The notes below the pieces were generated by a model that ran no database searches, was not told the origin of the DNA, and worked only from the letters and a program-made list of their open reading frames with translations. The position numbers and the translations under genes were made by a program. From Escherichia phage KEP3, in the sequence record PP047753: a stretch of DNA of 64,000 nucleotides. The stretch is one strand, 5' to 3'. Below, piece after piece: positions 51,559 to 61,650 of the stretch (its first letter is position 1; every line of letters starts with the position of its first letter).

Positions 51559-51687
51559 TGGTATGCCTCTTATAAGACCTCTTAAAAGGCTTTTAAGATA
51601 AAAGATAGATATCCAGAAAGATATCTGTTTAAATAGCCTTTTTAGAGGAACCTTTTAAGTTATCTTCTAAGTATTTATAAGCCTACA

Positions 51688-51709
51688 CCTTGTCAAGTAC
51701 TTTGTCAAC
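51688..51709. promoter_or_regulatory. CCTTGTCAAGTACTTTGTCAAC motif, second copy
   Basis: 21 of 22 identical to 8953-8974; also in a divergent intergenic region. Confidence 0.4.
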
Positions 51710-51807
51710 AACTTTTTTAACTTGTAATAGTTCTTGACTTGTTGTATGGATTACTGTACCATCTTACTTAAAGCTGTAGGTCTGCCTTGTTCTACAAAGG
51801 AGACTTA

Positions 51808-51969
51808 ATGAGAAAATCAAATAACCCGAAGAAAGGTAAAAATACCAATCACTGTAAGGAATCAAAAAGGGTAGAGTTACTCTACTATTCATCCTCTGAA
51901 ATTGGTCTGTACCTGTTCTTTCAAAATTACAGAAGACAAGAGGATTATCTATGTGTAGTTCCCAATTAG
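51808..51969 (+). CDS. small hypothetical protein
   Basis: ATG 51808 with AAGGAGA RBS; ORF-track start is TTG. Confidence 0.3.
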   Translation: MRKSNNPKKGKNTNHCKESKRVELLYYSSSEIGLYLFFQNYRRQEDYLCVVPN

Positions 51970-52184
51970 AAATCGCAGATATTATAGATTTATATCAAAC
52001 TGCAAAGAGTCATGGCTATATAACCTCAATTGGAAAGAATAGTCACTATGATGCTTTGACTGGAATGTATTTCAGGGCAATGGCTCAATCTAGTGAACAA
52101 CACTTAATGGTTTCTTCCAGTGAGTTTACTTCGTTTCTCTATTGCAGCAAAATTATAAATCGCAGGAGAACTGAAAAATGTTAA
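51951..52184 (+). CDS. hypothetical protein
   Basis: ORF track; AGAGGA RBS. Confidence 0.4.
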   Translation: MCSSQLEIADIIDLYQTAKSHGYITSIGKNSHYDALTGMYFRAMAQSSEQHLMVSSSEFTSFLYCSKIINRRRTEKC

Positions 52185-52768
52185 CAGTAAGTTTTAATTA
52201 CAATAGTGATGGCTCTGTATCAATTAATTCACCATATGCAAACGACCTATTGAAAGAGTTAGTTAATCAGTGTGACAGAGGTCTTCACTATGTTCCAAAT
52301 TCTTTTAAGCAGAAGACTATCGCCAATAACCTGATGCGTGTGACGGTTACAACATCAAATCCGAATTATGACATTGATAGTGAAAGCCCTTACTCTTTAG
52401 TGGCTCTTGGTGAATGCAGTCAATTCAAACTTGTATGCCACGACGCAGAAACATTTCTTAAGGTATTTTCCAGCCTCATTCACAATAATAAGTATGGGTA
52501 TGTTGATGGGAGTGTTAACTTCTATCCGGCAAACTATACCTGTCTATTGATTGATAATATGAGAAGCAGCAAACAAGAACCTACAGAAATTTCATTTGAT
52601 GTGAACTCTAGTCCAGACGCAGAAACAAGTAATAACTTCGATATGAGTTACGCACTATCACTTAGTAAGAAATCCGAGTTCATTGATTATGTCAATGGAT
52701 TTGGTTTTAAGTTTGATGAGAGCATGAATCTCAAAAAGCTTAAGAACCTACTTAAGACCAAAGCTTAA
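52178..52768 (+). CDS. hypothetical protein
   Basis: ORF track; AGGAGA RBS. Confidence 0.5.
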   Translation: MLTVSFNYNSDGSVSINSPYANDLLKELVNQCDRGLHYVPNSFKQKTIANNLMRVTVTTSNPNYDIDSESPYSLVALGECSQFKLVCHDAETFLKVFSSLIHNNKYGYVDGSVNFYPANYTCLLIDNMRSSKQEPTEISFDVNSSPDAETSNNFDMSYALSLSKKSEFIDYVNGFGFKFDESMNLKKLKNLLKTKA

Positions 52769-52775
52769 GTGTAAA

Positions 52776-52800
52776 CAGGGGCTAACGCCCCTTTATCTAT
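52776..52800 (+). terminator. rho-independent terminator (AGGGGC-TAAC-GCCCCT + T-rich)
   Basis: Seen directly. Confidence 0.5.
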
Positions 52801-52815
52801 TTATAAGGATATTTA

Positions 52816-53187
52816 ATGAAGGCTAAGAGTGCAAAAGACTTTTATTGCTTCCTACAATCCTATATCCACTCCGTGGAGAATGGTGAAAAATACAATCTTA
52901 ACGATGTTATTTCATCACCTTTAACATGGAGAATGAGTAGATGGCCTGAAGAGGATATTACACCAACTGCCGAGCAACCTACCTATAACCCAGACATTAA
53001 ACTCCCAGATTCAGATAAGTTACTATACCCAATGTTCCACATTGTTGGGCTTGGTACGTTTCTTATGGATATCCAGTATGTAATTGGTAAGGGTTATAAA
53101 GTTGAAGGTATTGTTGTTGGTGATGTGTCTCCACAACATAAAGGCTATTTCAGATTAAACGCACGTTTAGAGGCTAAAAAGAAATGA
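52816..53187 (+). CDS. hypothetical protein, paralog of N-terminal domain of 53184-54566
   Basis: Alignable to first ~120 aa of the next gene. Confidence 0.5.
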   Translation: MKAKSAKDFYCFLQSYIHSVENGEKYNLNDVISSPLTWRMSRWPEEDITPTAEQPTYNPDIKLPDSDKLLYPMFHIVGLGTFLMDIQYVIGKGYKVEGIVVGDVSPQHKGYFRLNARLEAKKK

Positions 53188-54566
53188 TTAAAGCAAAGAC
53201 TTATCCAGACTTCAAAGAATTTGTAAAGGGCTTCATTGCAAATGTAAAGGCTGGTAAGAGATATGATTTTAGAACATATCAAGAGGCTATTTTACCACTT
53301 ACCTATAGTTCATATTGGCCTGAAGCTGATATCGCAGAGGTTGAGAAGTTTGACTACAAACCAGACTACAAAGTTCCTTTCAGTGATGATTTGCTTTACA
53401 GTATCGGTGCTCAGATGAGAACTTCTGACTTCTTCATGGATTTACAATACGCAATTATCAATGGTAAAGACGTTGATACAGTTTATTGTGAATGGTTGGC
53501 AAGAGTTAAACCGTTCTCAATGTTGAATGCTAAGTTGAAGGATGCTATTAAGCCGCCAGCAATCACTCAGCAACCGACAAACCAAACAGTTAATGAGGGT
53601 GGCACACTTACCCTAAGCGTTATCGCAACTAACGCCACTGGATATCAATGGAAGAAGGGTGGTGAGGACATCTCCAGTGCCACTTCTGCAACTTATACAA
53701 AACAATCTGTAGTGCCTTCTGACGCTGGTTCATACACTTGTGTTGTATCTGGAGAGGCAGGGACAAGTGTTACATCAGATGCGGCAACAGTTACTGTTAA
53801 TGCGCTACCCGTGATTACACAGCAACCTTCTAGTCAGACCATCAATGAGGGTGGAAATATCAACTTGGAGGTTACTGCAACGGGTGCAACAGGTTACCAA
53901 TGGAAGAAAGATGGCTCTGACATCCCTTCAGCTACAGAAGCCACCTATAGCAAGTCTGGCGCACTGCCAACAGATGCAGGCTCATACACTTGCGTTGTAA
54001 CGGGTGCAGGTGGTTCTGTTACTTCTAGCCCTGCGACTGTTGTAGTAAACGCTCTACCAGTGATTACCAAGCAGCCAACCAACCAAGCAGTCAATGAAGG
54101 TAGTAGTTTGACGCTGAGTGTTGAGGCTACAGGTGCAACAGGTTACCAATGGAAGAAAGACAATGTGAACATCCCTAGCGCAACTGGTGCAACTTACACG
54201 AAAGCTAAAGCAGTCCCTGCTGATGCTGGCTCATATACCTGTGTAGTAACTGGTGCGGGTGGTTCAGTCACATCTAGTGCAGCGACAGTTACTGTGAATG
54301 CTCTTCCTGTAATCACTCAACAGCCAACCAATCAAGAAATCACTGAAGGTGAGACCTTAACGCTGAATGTTGTGGCAACAGGTGCAACCGGATATCAGTG
54401 GAAGAAGGGTGAGGAAAACATCCCAGATGCAACTACTGCAACTTACACCAAAGAAGGTGCAACCGCTGCTGATGCAGGAAGCTACACTTGTGTAGTAACT
54501 GGCGCAGGTGGTTCGGTAACATCTAATGCGGCAACAGTTACAGTTAATCAAGCAGGAGGTGAATAA
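53184..54566 (+). CDS. Ig-like tandem-repeat protein
   Basis: Four ~80-aa repeats ALPVITQQP(T/S)NQ...GATGYQWKK...DAGSYTCVVTGAGGSVTS...ATVTVN after an N-terminal domain. Confidence 0.6.
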   Translation: MIKAKTYPDFKEFVKGFIANVKAGKRYDFRTYQEAILPLTYSSYWPEADIAEVEKFDYKPDYKVPFSDDLLYSIGAQMRTSDFFMDLQYAIINGKDVDTVYCEWLARVKPFSMLNAKLKDAIKPPAITQQPTNQTVNEGGTLTLSVIATNATGYQWKKGGEDISSATSATYTKQSVVPSDAGSYTCVVSGEAGTSVTSDAATVTVNALPVITQQPSSQTINEGGNINLEVTATGATGYQWKKDGSDIPSATEATYSKSGALPTDAGSYTCVVTGAGGSVTSSPATVVVNALPVITKQPTNQAVNEGSSLTLSVEATGATGYQWKKDNVNIPSATGATYTKAKAVPADAGSYTCVVTGAGGSVTSSAATVTVNALPVITQQPTNQEITEGETLTLNVVATGATGYQWKKGEENIPDATTATYTKEGATAADAGSYTCVVTGAGGSVTSNAATVTVNQAGGE

Positions 54567-55030
54567 TGCAACTCTCAAGAAAAGGTTTAGAAGCCATTAA
54601 GTTCTTTGAAGGTCTGAAGTTAGAGGCTTACGAAGACTCTGCTGGAATCCCTACAATTGGGTATGGGACAACCAGTATTTCTGGTAAACCTGTTAAGATG
54701 GGTATGAAAATCACGGCTGAACAAGCTGAACAGTATCTTCTCGCAGATGTTGAAAAGTTTGTTGCAGCAGTGAACAAAGCTATCAAGGTTCCAACTTCTC
54801 AGAATGAGTTCGATGCACTTGTAAGTGAAACATACAACATCGGTATCACAGCTATGCAGGATTCTACATTTATCAAGCGCCACAATGCTGGTAATAAGGT
54901 AGGTTGTGCAGAAGCTATGCAGTGGTGGAACAAGATTACAGTCAAAGGTAAGAAGGTCACTTCAAACGGCTTGAAGAACAGACGTAGAATGGAAGCTGAC
55001 ATTTATCTTGACAGTGTATATCCAAAGTAA
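54566..55030 (+). CDS. endolysin, T4/lambda-type lysozyme (GH24)
   Basis: LEAYEDSAGIPTIGYGTT catalytic region. Confidence 0.85.
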   Translation: MQLSRKGLEAIKFFEGLKLEAYEDSAGIPTIGYGTTSISGKPVKMGMKITAEQAEQYLLADVEKFVAAVNKAIKVPTSQNEFDALVSETYNIGITAMQDSTFIKRHNAGNKVGCAEAMQWWNKITVKGKKVTSNGLKNRRRMEADIYLDSVYPK

Positions 55031-55036
55031 TATCTT

Positions 55037-55066
55037 CATAGGCTCCTTCGGGAGCCTTTTTTTTTT
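55037..55066 (+). terminator. strong rho-independent terminator (GGCTCC-TTCG-GGAGCC + T11)
   Basis: Seen directly. Confidence 0.8.
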
Positions 55067-55081
55067 TCTAAGGAGAAAACT

Positions 55082-55480
55082 ATGAAGCTTTGGGCTAGTG
55101 ATTTTGGGACTTTTAAATACACTCGTAATGGTTCGCTTGTACGCATCATTGGAAACAATGTAGTTTCAAGAGGCGACAAGGTGTATACACGGTTTACTGT
55201 AGAGCTTGTTGAACTGTCACCTATTGAGTCTGTGAACAATGGTATGTTCAAGTTTGAGACTTACAATGTCAATGAGCATGGACAATTCAATCCTCTTGGT
55301 GAAAGTGGACTTGATATTATTTCAGAGCACCCATTGACAAAAGAGCAACTTGCAGGTTACTATAAAACTGTTCTTGAAAGGCAGTTAGCAACACATGAAC
55401 AAGAAGCTAACTACCATTTACAGCATTGCGAAACTTTAAGAGCAAAAATCGAACAAGCAGAGAGAGGTTTTTATGAATAA
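55082..55480 (+). CDS. hypothetical protein
   Basis: ORF track; AAGGAGA RBS. Confidence 0.5.
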   Translation: MKLWASDFGTFKYTRNGSLVRIIGNNVVSRGDKVYTRFTVELVELSPIESVNNGMFKFETYNVNEHGQFNPLGESGLDIISEHPLTKEQLAGYYKTVLERQLATHEQEANYHLQHCETLRAKIEQAERGFYE

Positions 55481-55868
55481 TAACAGTCATATCCACGTTA
55501 AAGTTGATGTCAGTCGTTACAGCGAAAATGAGGAACTAGACCTGCGAGATGCTCTTCTATTTGAGAAGAATGGCAATCTTCATTTGCATTTTGAAGGTAC
55601 AAATACGTACCTCCACAGATGCCGAGATGATGCAGACGGTTGTCCTGTTTTTGCTTGGTATAATTTAGAGTTTCCTCTTTATGCCATCCACTATCCAGAT
55701 GGTGGAGAAGACTGGACTACCCAATCAATCTTTGATGAGCTTAACGGTATTCCAGTTGAGCAAGAAGAGCAAGAGCCTGTTGAACTCACCTTTACTTTCA
55801 TCAAAGAAGAGAAAGTTGGTGATTTGTCTGTAACTGAAGCAATTCAAGTTTCACAGGTTATTCGTTAA
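55473..55868 (+). CDS. hypothetical protein
   Basis: ORF track. Confidence 0.5.
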   Translation: MNNNSHIHVKVDVSRYSENEELDLRDALLFEKNGNLHLHFEGTNTYLHRCRDDADGCPVFAWYNLEFPLYAIHYPDGGEDWTTQSIFDELNGIPVEQEEQEPVELTFTFIKEEKVGDLSVTEAIQVSQVIR

Positions 55869-56161
55869 TGAGCAAAGTACAGGTTATCTTCCCTATTTGT
55901 GACTTCTCACTAGAGCGTGAACTTGACCTGTACGAAGAAATTACTGACGAAATCATCTGGTCTGTTGTAGAAGAGGCTATCAAGAAGCTGTATGGTGGCC
56001 TCTTAAACCCATCAAGTAAAAAGCTCAATACTAAACAAGTAGCTGATACGTACACTTCATACGATGCCTACAACAAACCTTTTGAGAATACCTGCTTTGA
56101 CCTTATGGTAGGTAATAATAAAGTCAACTATTTCTTCGTCAGAGAGTTTAACGATGAGTAA
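55868..56161 (+). CDS. hypothetical protein
   Basis: ORF track. Confidence 0.45.
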   Translation: MSKVQVIFPICDFSLERELDLYEEITDEIIWSVVEEAIKKLYGGLLNPSSKKLNTKQVADTYTSYDAYNKPFENTCFDLMVGNNKVNYFFVREFNDE

Positions 56162-56498
56162 GCTCCATGTCACAGTGTACAAAAACTTCTCAGATATTAA
56201 AGAGTCTTTAACCAATAAGCTTGACATGCAACGGAAAAGACTCTTTTTAATGTATGACATTGATAACTACAACCACCCTAGAGAGTTTAACTACAAGGAT
56301 GGTACAAAGGTTGTTGAATTTGAAGATTCTGTAACAGTGTATGTCAAACATGACTTACCAGCAAAGTACATAGGGATGTTAGAGTATTACATATTTAAAC
56401 ATACAGGTATGCGTGGTGAGTCTGTCAAGATATCTTCTATAGAAGTTTTTGAGAAACCTAACACACAACTTAAAAAGTATTTAATGAGGAAACTATAA
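56154..56498 (+). CDS. hypothetical protein
   Basis: ORF track. Confidence 0.45.
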   Translation: MSKLHVTVYKNFSDIKESLTNKLDMQRKRLFLMYDIDNYNHPREFNYKDGTKVVEFEDSVTVYVKHDLPAKYIGMLEYYIFKHTGMRGESVKISSIEVFEKPNTQLKKYLMRKL

Positions 56499-57079
56499 TG
56501 TCAGAAGAACATGAGCACATCCAACCAGAAGTTACATTAGTCAAACATTTCGGGAATGTAGAAGGCTGTGTAGCACTTTTTCAGACCAACATTAACTCTC
56601 CAGTCAAACTGTGCAAATTGACGATAAACACCAACAACATCAGTGTATGTGTGAATGAAGAAGTTCAATACTTCAAATTCAATGACAAAGAGGTCGATGC
56701 TGCACTATTGAAATATAGAGCAAATCTTGAAAAAGATATTGACCATAAAGAGGTGGTGAGTCTCTTTGCAGACCTTCATAAGCTTCTTGATAAGGTTGAA
56801 AAAAGAACATACTACATGAATAATGGTTCTATCATTACTACCATGATTTCACCATGTATCTCCGAGCCAATCTTCACAGATGATGGTGCTTATTACATTG
56901 TAGCTTCGGCAGTGTCTGATTGGTGGTTAAAGAACAACGCCCTGAAAACAGTGATTGATGCTATCAGAGAGCACATCCCTACATTCAGCCCGTGGAAAGG
57001 GAAAGGTGATGAGTTTATCGCATTATTGAGTGAAGAGAGTAACAAGCGCAGTGCATTACTGCCTAAAAAATACTCTTGA
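56498..57079 (+). CDS. hypothetical protein
   Basis: ORF track. Confidence 0.5.
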   Translation: MSEEHEHIQPEVTLVKHFGNVEGCVALFQTNINSPVKLCKLTINTNNISVCVNEEVQYFKFNDKEVDAALLKYRANLEKDIDHKEVVSLFADLHKLLDKVEKRTYYMNNGSIITTMISPCISEPIFTDDGAYYIVASAVSDWWLKNNALKTVIDAIREHIPTFSPWKGKGDEFIALLSEESNKRSALLPKKYS

Positions 57080-57162
57080 CCGAATATACAACATTAACTA
57101 TGATGGGAGCTATCGAGAGGTAGTTCCCTTTTTAGTTTCTTGAGAAGATACGTGGTGGAAGA

Positions 57163-57381
57163 ATGAAAAAACTAACTACAGTTGAAGATTACTACAAACT
57201 GTCCCTATTAGAGCAGTATCGTAGGAGTCAGAACATCAGAAAATGCTACGGTAAACACGCTGAAGGTGACTTTTACCATTGTTACGATGCAGATTTAAAA
57301 GGTGTAACACCTAGAGGTAAAGTCCTGCAAAGACTTGTTGACCTTGAGTGGAACAAACGATTGAGAGGGGTTGGAAAATGA
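57163..57381 (+). CDS. hypothetical protein
   Basis: ORF track. Confidence 0.4.
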   Translation: MKKLTTVEDYYKLSLLEQYRRSQNIRKCYGKHAEGDFYHCYDADLKGVTPRGKVLQRLVDLEWNKRLRGVGK

Positions 57382-57881
57382 TTTACGAAGAAAGATACAA
57401 AATAGACTACCAGAAGACTGGTCATCATACTTCCCTGAGAGTAACCAAACCAAATGGAGATACTGGTATCATAGCACATTTCGGTGGTGATTATTGGTAC
57501 GGTACAGGTTGCTTTGAAGGCTACAGTCAAGAATACTTGAAAGCTTTCTACAGAGACTTTACAAATGACTACAACAGGGTTGTTGAAGAGAAGAATAAGT
57601 GCATTAAGCATGAATACCATGCCAGAGGTTGTCTGAATATTGTTATGATACTGGTTTTCTTCTTAGCAACATTACTAGCCGTCTCAGCAATCAGCTACAT
57701 AGCTCAAGACTTGACCATTACACAGATTGCTGCAAAGGTATATGATGTTTGGTACTTGTATGTTGTCCCTTTAGTTGGTATCATCATCTCACTAATAAGA
57801 TTCAGAGTCCATAAGAAACGACTTAAGGATTCTGAGGTTAAACTTGAAGAGGTAAGTAAAGAATGCAACCTACAATTATAG
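57378..57881 (+). CDS. hypothetical membrane protein
   Basis: ATG 57378 (ATGA overlap, GAGGGG RBS); two hydrophobic helices. Confidence 0.45.
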   Translation: MIYEERYKIDYQKTGHHTSLRVTKPNGDTGIIAHFGGDYWYGTGCFEGYSQEYLKAFYRDFTNDYNRVVEEKNKCIKHEYHARGCLNIVMILVFFLATLLAVSAISYIAQDLTITQIAAKVYDVWYLYVVPLVGIIISLIRFRVHKKRLKDSEVKLEEVSKECNLQL

Positions 57882-57957
57882 CTGTATGTGTTCGTTTTGC
57901 AATCGCTGAAATGATTAACAAGGCAATCTTGAAAGATGCCTATGGAGAGACTAAGTA

Positions 57958-58182
57958 ATGATTAAGACACCTGTACCAATTTTTGGATTTCCTTCTATAG
58001 AAGAGTTCAAAGTTTATCTTGACAAAAACTTCTACAATGAGCAGCCTGTTACTTTGCTGAAGAGTGACTTATCAGAGCTTCTTGACATGGTTATCAAGGC
58101 AACTTCTGAAAAGGAACCTGAACAGAAAGCTGAGAAGAAGACTAGTAAGAAATCCGATAAGAGGGCTGAAAAGTCTGAGTAG
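57958..58182 (+). CDS. hypothetical protein
   Basis: ORF track. Confidence 0.4.
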   Translation: MIKTPVPIFGFPSIEEFKVYLDKNFYNEQPVTLLKSDLSELLDMVIKATSEKEPEQKAEKKTSKKSDKRAEKSE

Positions 58183-58236
58183 TAACTTGAGGGGTTACTT
58201 GATAGCCCCTTTGTAGAAACTTATAAGGTATCGAAT

Positions 58237-58665
58237 ATGCAAATCATTGCTGGTCAAGAACTTGACATCATAGATGCAAAAACACAGAAGTATATCGCAA
58301 CAGTGAAGGCTATAGGAGTCAGGGATTGGAATACTGAATACCCCATTCAATGCCTTGTGCTGGAAAAGTTTAAAGCTAATGGTATACACTTTTATCATGG
58401 TGACTACATCAGCTTTAACAAAGACGGTTATTGGCAAGGTAAGAACCATCCTCAAGCAAATGAGTTTGATATGCGTCTAGTGATACCACAAGAAGGTAAA
58501 TCACAAAATGTAAAAGATATCCTTGTAGAAGCCTATGCAGAAGGTATAATAGATGTTGTGCATGATGTTGAAGAAGCTTTAAAGCTTATTATGCCACATT
58601 TAGAATCTGGAAAGCTGACTTTAGAGATGCTTAATAGGGTTATTCGGAGAGCTTATGAAAGTTAA
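58237..58665 (+). CDS. hypothetical protein
   Basis: ORF track. Confidence 0.5.
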   Translation: MQIIAGQELDIIDAKTQKYIATVKAIGVRDWNTEYPIQCLVLEKFKANGIHFYHGDYISFNKDGYWQGKNHPQANEFDMRLVIPQEGKSQNVKDILVEAYAEGIIDVVHDVEEALKLIMPHLESGKLTLEMLNRVIRRAYES

Positions 58666-59119
58666 AGTAGTAGTTCAAAAAGCAATGCTTAACAATTCAA
58701 CTAAAGATAAGATGTACAAAGAGATTTGTGATAAGCTGAGTTGTTCAAGACATGCTGCTAAGGCTCTTGTGCATTGCTTTATCTTGGAATGCTCAGAAGC
58801 TTATATGAAACATATAGCTTTTGAAAGTTCTAACTTACTAGGTGATGTAGAAGTTGGTGAGAAGCTAAAAGAACCTGAGATGAAAACAGTTCCTAAAGTT
58901 GGTAATGTATACCCTCTTAAAGATTTCAAGACTGGAAAGATTGTTGCAAAAGGTGTAGTAGAATTTGTTTACCATGATGGTAAATACTTACTTAAAATAT
59001 TTGAGTATGATAGCCGCTATACACACTTATGTGGTCTTACACTCTTAGTAACAGAAGAAGACCTCATTAAGAACAACAACAACAAGTTTGCAGTTCCAGC
59101 TTACCAAGTTTTACGATAA
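58655..59119 (+). CDS. hypothetical protein
   Basis: ORF track. Confidence 0.5.
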   Translation: MKVKVVVQKAMLNNSTKDKMYKEICDKLSCSRHAAKALVHCFILECSEAYMKHIAFESSNLLGDVEVGEKLKEPEMKTVPKVGNVYPLKDFKTGKIVAKGVVEFVYHDGKYLLKIFEYDSRYTHLCGLTLLVTEEDLIKNNNNKFAVPAYQVLR

Positions 59120-59132
59120 TGGTGTGATAGAT

Positions 59133-59681
59133 ATGGAAAAAGATAACTTAAAAGAAGTTGAAGGTAACTATCTAGTACTTGATTGGGCTGATATTCGGGA
59201 AGCACTCTCCGAAGAAAATCTTGACTGGTTCCAACAAATTATCTTTGCAGTACGGCATAACAGAGAAGTTGAAAATGGTAAAGAGCCACTTGAAGGAATC
59301 TTTGTAGAAAGGTCTTATCCGTTCTATGAAGACACTTTACAGAAAGTTAAGATGTACTTTAGACAGAAGAACCGTAAAGTGGTCACTATGGTATCTCTTG
59401 GTGGTCAGAGTATGTCTGTGATGGAAGATATCAACCCTAAGAGACCGAGTAAAGGTGTTTGTATAAAAATCACAGGTCATGAAGAGTATATCTCAGTGGA
59501 TGATTTCAGTTCATTCTGTAATGGTTCTGCTGTCTTTAATGGGTTTCACTATGATATCCGAGTGTACCCAATCAAGGGAGATGATATCATGATGCAGGTA
59601 TTCGATAACAACAATGGATTTACTCATTTTTATCAGACAACCAAGTCATCACTGAAGACAGTTCTGGAAACACTGGTTTAA
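59133..59681 (+). CDS. hypothetical protein
   Basis: ORF-track frame; first ATG at 59133 (ORF-track start is TTG inside upstream gene). Confidence 0.45.
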   Translation: MEKDNLKEVEGNYLVLDWADIREALSEENLDWFQQIIFAVRHNREVENGKEPLEGIFVERSYPFYEDTLQKVKMYFRQKNRKVVTMVSLGGQSMSVMEDINPKRPSKGVCIKITGHEEYISVDDFSSFCNGSAVFNGFHYDIRVYPIKGDDIMMQVFDNNNGFTHFYQTTKSSLKTVLETLV

Positions 59682-59690
59682 AATATCTTA

Positions 59691-59722
59691 AGAGCCTCCT
59701 TAATTGGGGGCTTTTTAATTTT
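59691..59722 (+). terminator. rho-independent terminator ending plus-strand cluster
   Basis: AGCCTCC-TTAATT-GGGGGCT followed by TTTTTAATTTTT. Confidence 0.6.
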
Positions 59723-61269
59723 TATAAAATTTTATCGGTTGTCCCAACCTCTGGGTCACCATCATATGTGAATAAAATATCTACCCTTCTTAACAACCTT
59801 CTTAAGCTTACTCTCTATATAGTTATATAGTACTATATAGTATCTTAGTATCTATCTAGTGGTCTTAATAGCCCCTCTGTATAGCCCTTCTAAACACTCT
59901 TCTAACAAGCCTTCTTAACAACCTATACAATCACCTTAACCATCTCTCTACACCCTCTTAGAAGCTCCTATACACCTCTTAATCTCTAGGTTAGCTATGT
60001 TACCCTCTATAGGTGTTCACTAGGTATTACTAAGCCTCTATATAGACTGTTTTAACAAACTTAACAGGAATATCTTTACAGACCTTATCTCACAAGGTCT
60101 AACACGGTACTAACAAGGTATCTTATAAGCCTGTTTCTACCTGTATTTTTAAAAGACTGTCTAGGTAATTATTCAGAATTTTAAAATTTTTATAAAATAG
60201 GACTATCAAGTCATTTTTTTAGGGTCTTTGAAGGGACTGAAAAATATCTGTAGAAGATGTATATCTGCTTGGTAGCCCTTAACAGCTCCCTTACAAGTAC
60301 TTTGCAAAATTTTAAAATATCCTTAACAATCTCTTAACAACTCTCTCAAGCTCTTAACACCTCTTCAAAGGTCTTAACAGTTTCTTAACAGAACTAACAA
60401 GAACTTAACAGTTTTCTAACAAGTGCTGAATAGTCTTTACAGAGTCTTAACAGATAACTAACAAGAGCTAACAAGTTAATTTTTAAGAGTTATTTTGTTA
60501 AGATAATTAACAAGTTCCTAACAAGTGTTTAATCTTTTTAACAAGCTATTAACATGGTCACTATCTCTTTTCTTATCGTTCCCTTTCCCTCTTAGTGAAT
60601 CTCTAAACATACCTCTTAAAAACCCTCTATAGCCCCTTATAAGCCCTTTTAAGTCTCTTCCTAGTATTTACCCCTCAACTGTATGGATAGCTCTTTATAG
60701 GGCTTTACAGGAGCTTTTAAGGCTATGCCAAAGACTCTTACAAGGCTTTTACGTGGTCTTAACAGAGATTTAACAAGGGGCTAACAAGTCTCTAACAAGC
60801 ATAACTATGTAGGGATTGTTAAGAAATTGTTAAGAAAATGTTAAGGGGGCTAGCATTTACGTAACTTTATAGCCTCTTTCACGTAACTTTGAAGTAACTT
60901 TATAGCCCCTATAACATACTTTTAAGACACTAACAAGCCCTTTTTAGATATTCACAAGATAGCTAACGAGATAATAAAGCTTACACCCTTATAAGATTCT
61001 TTTAAGCCTCTAGGAAGCTTTATAAAGGGCTTTTAATGGTTAGGTAATGCAATCCCTTAAGTTAGGTTGATAAGGCTGTTATAGGGCTTTATAGAGCGTT
61101 TAAATGGGCCATCCCCTTTCTGGGGTTATTGGCTTTTATTTAAGTTGATTTGATAAGGGGCTATAGAGTAAGCTATAGAGTTATTGCTTTTAAGGTACGA
61201 GATAGATTCTATCGAATCAGTGGGATAGATTCTGGAAAGGGAAGGAAAGAGATTGTATAGAGATTTGAT
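59723..61269. repeat. 1.5 kb non-coding repeat-rich region (YTAACAR iterons, TATATAGT, GTTAAGAAA, GTAACTTT, GATAGATTCT repeats)
   Basis: No ORF of 60 aa or more; about 20 YTAACAR copies in 60290-60560. Confidence 0.8.
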
Positions 61270-61293
61270 AAGACGTAAAAAGCCCCATTTAAG
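61270..61293 (-). terminator. rho-independent terminator ending minus-strand small-gene series
   Basis: Minus-sense GCCCCTTAAATGGGGC + TTTTT; second GC hairpin at 61297-61312. Confidence 0.6.
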
Positions 61294-61336
61294 GGGCTGT
61301 AAAGGTATCTGGGGCTATTTAGCCCCGTTGCGTCGA

Positions 61337-61585
61337 TTAGTTGTACCCTTGTTTGCTGTAGTACAGGGAGACAATCAAATCACCCCAATAATGGTAATGA
61401 TGTTCATCGTTTAACGCCTCTTTTACTGCATCTTTCCAGAAGTCATCAGTAGGGTTATAATCTGGGATAACTTGCTTAATAACTGTCTTCACTAATGAAA
61501 AGCATTCATCAGTTCCACCAATATCAAATTTAACGTCCAGAGTGTAGCAGCCATAAGCATTAACAGTAGCGCGGATAGTAGCCAT
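61337..61585 (-). CDS. hypothetical protein
   Basis: ORF track; preceded by conserved module 1. Confidence 0.45.
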   Translation of the reverse strand: MATIRATVNAYGCYTLDVKFDIGGTDECFSLVKTVIKQVIPDYNPTDDFWKDAVKEALNDEHHYHYWGDLIVSLYYSKQGYN

Positions 61586-61650
61586 TTTTGAATCTCCTAG
61601 TTTAAGGTATTTATCTAGTGGGAGGTAATAACCTCCCGTTGATTAGTAAT
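61586..61650 (-). promoter_or_regulatory. conserved upstream module copy 1
   Basis: Fills space between upstream stop and next ATG; GC hairpin + AGGAGA RBS. Confidence 0.6.

Noticed and set aside
60290-60560. Possible CRISPR array suggested by dense short repeats
   Set aside because: Repeats are only 7-8 bp with irregular 3-12 bp spacing and variable sequence; no 25-40 bp direct repeats with unique spacers and no cas genes.
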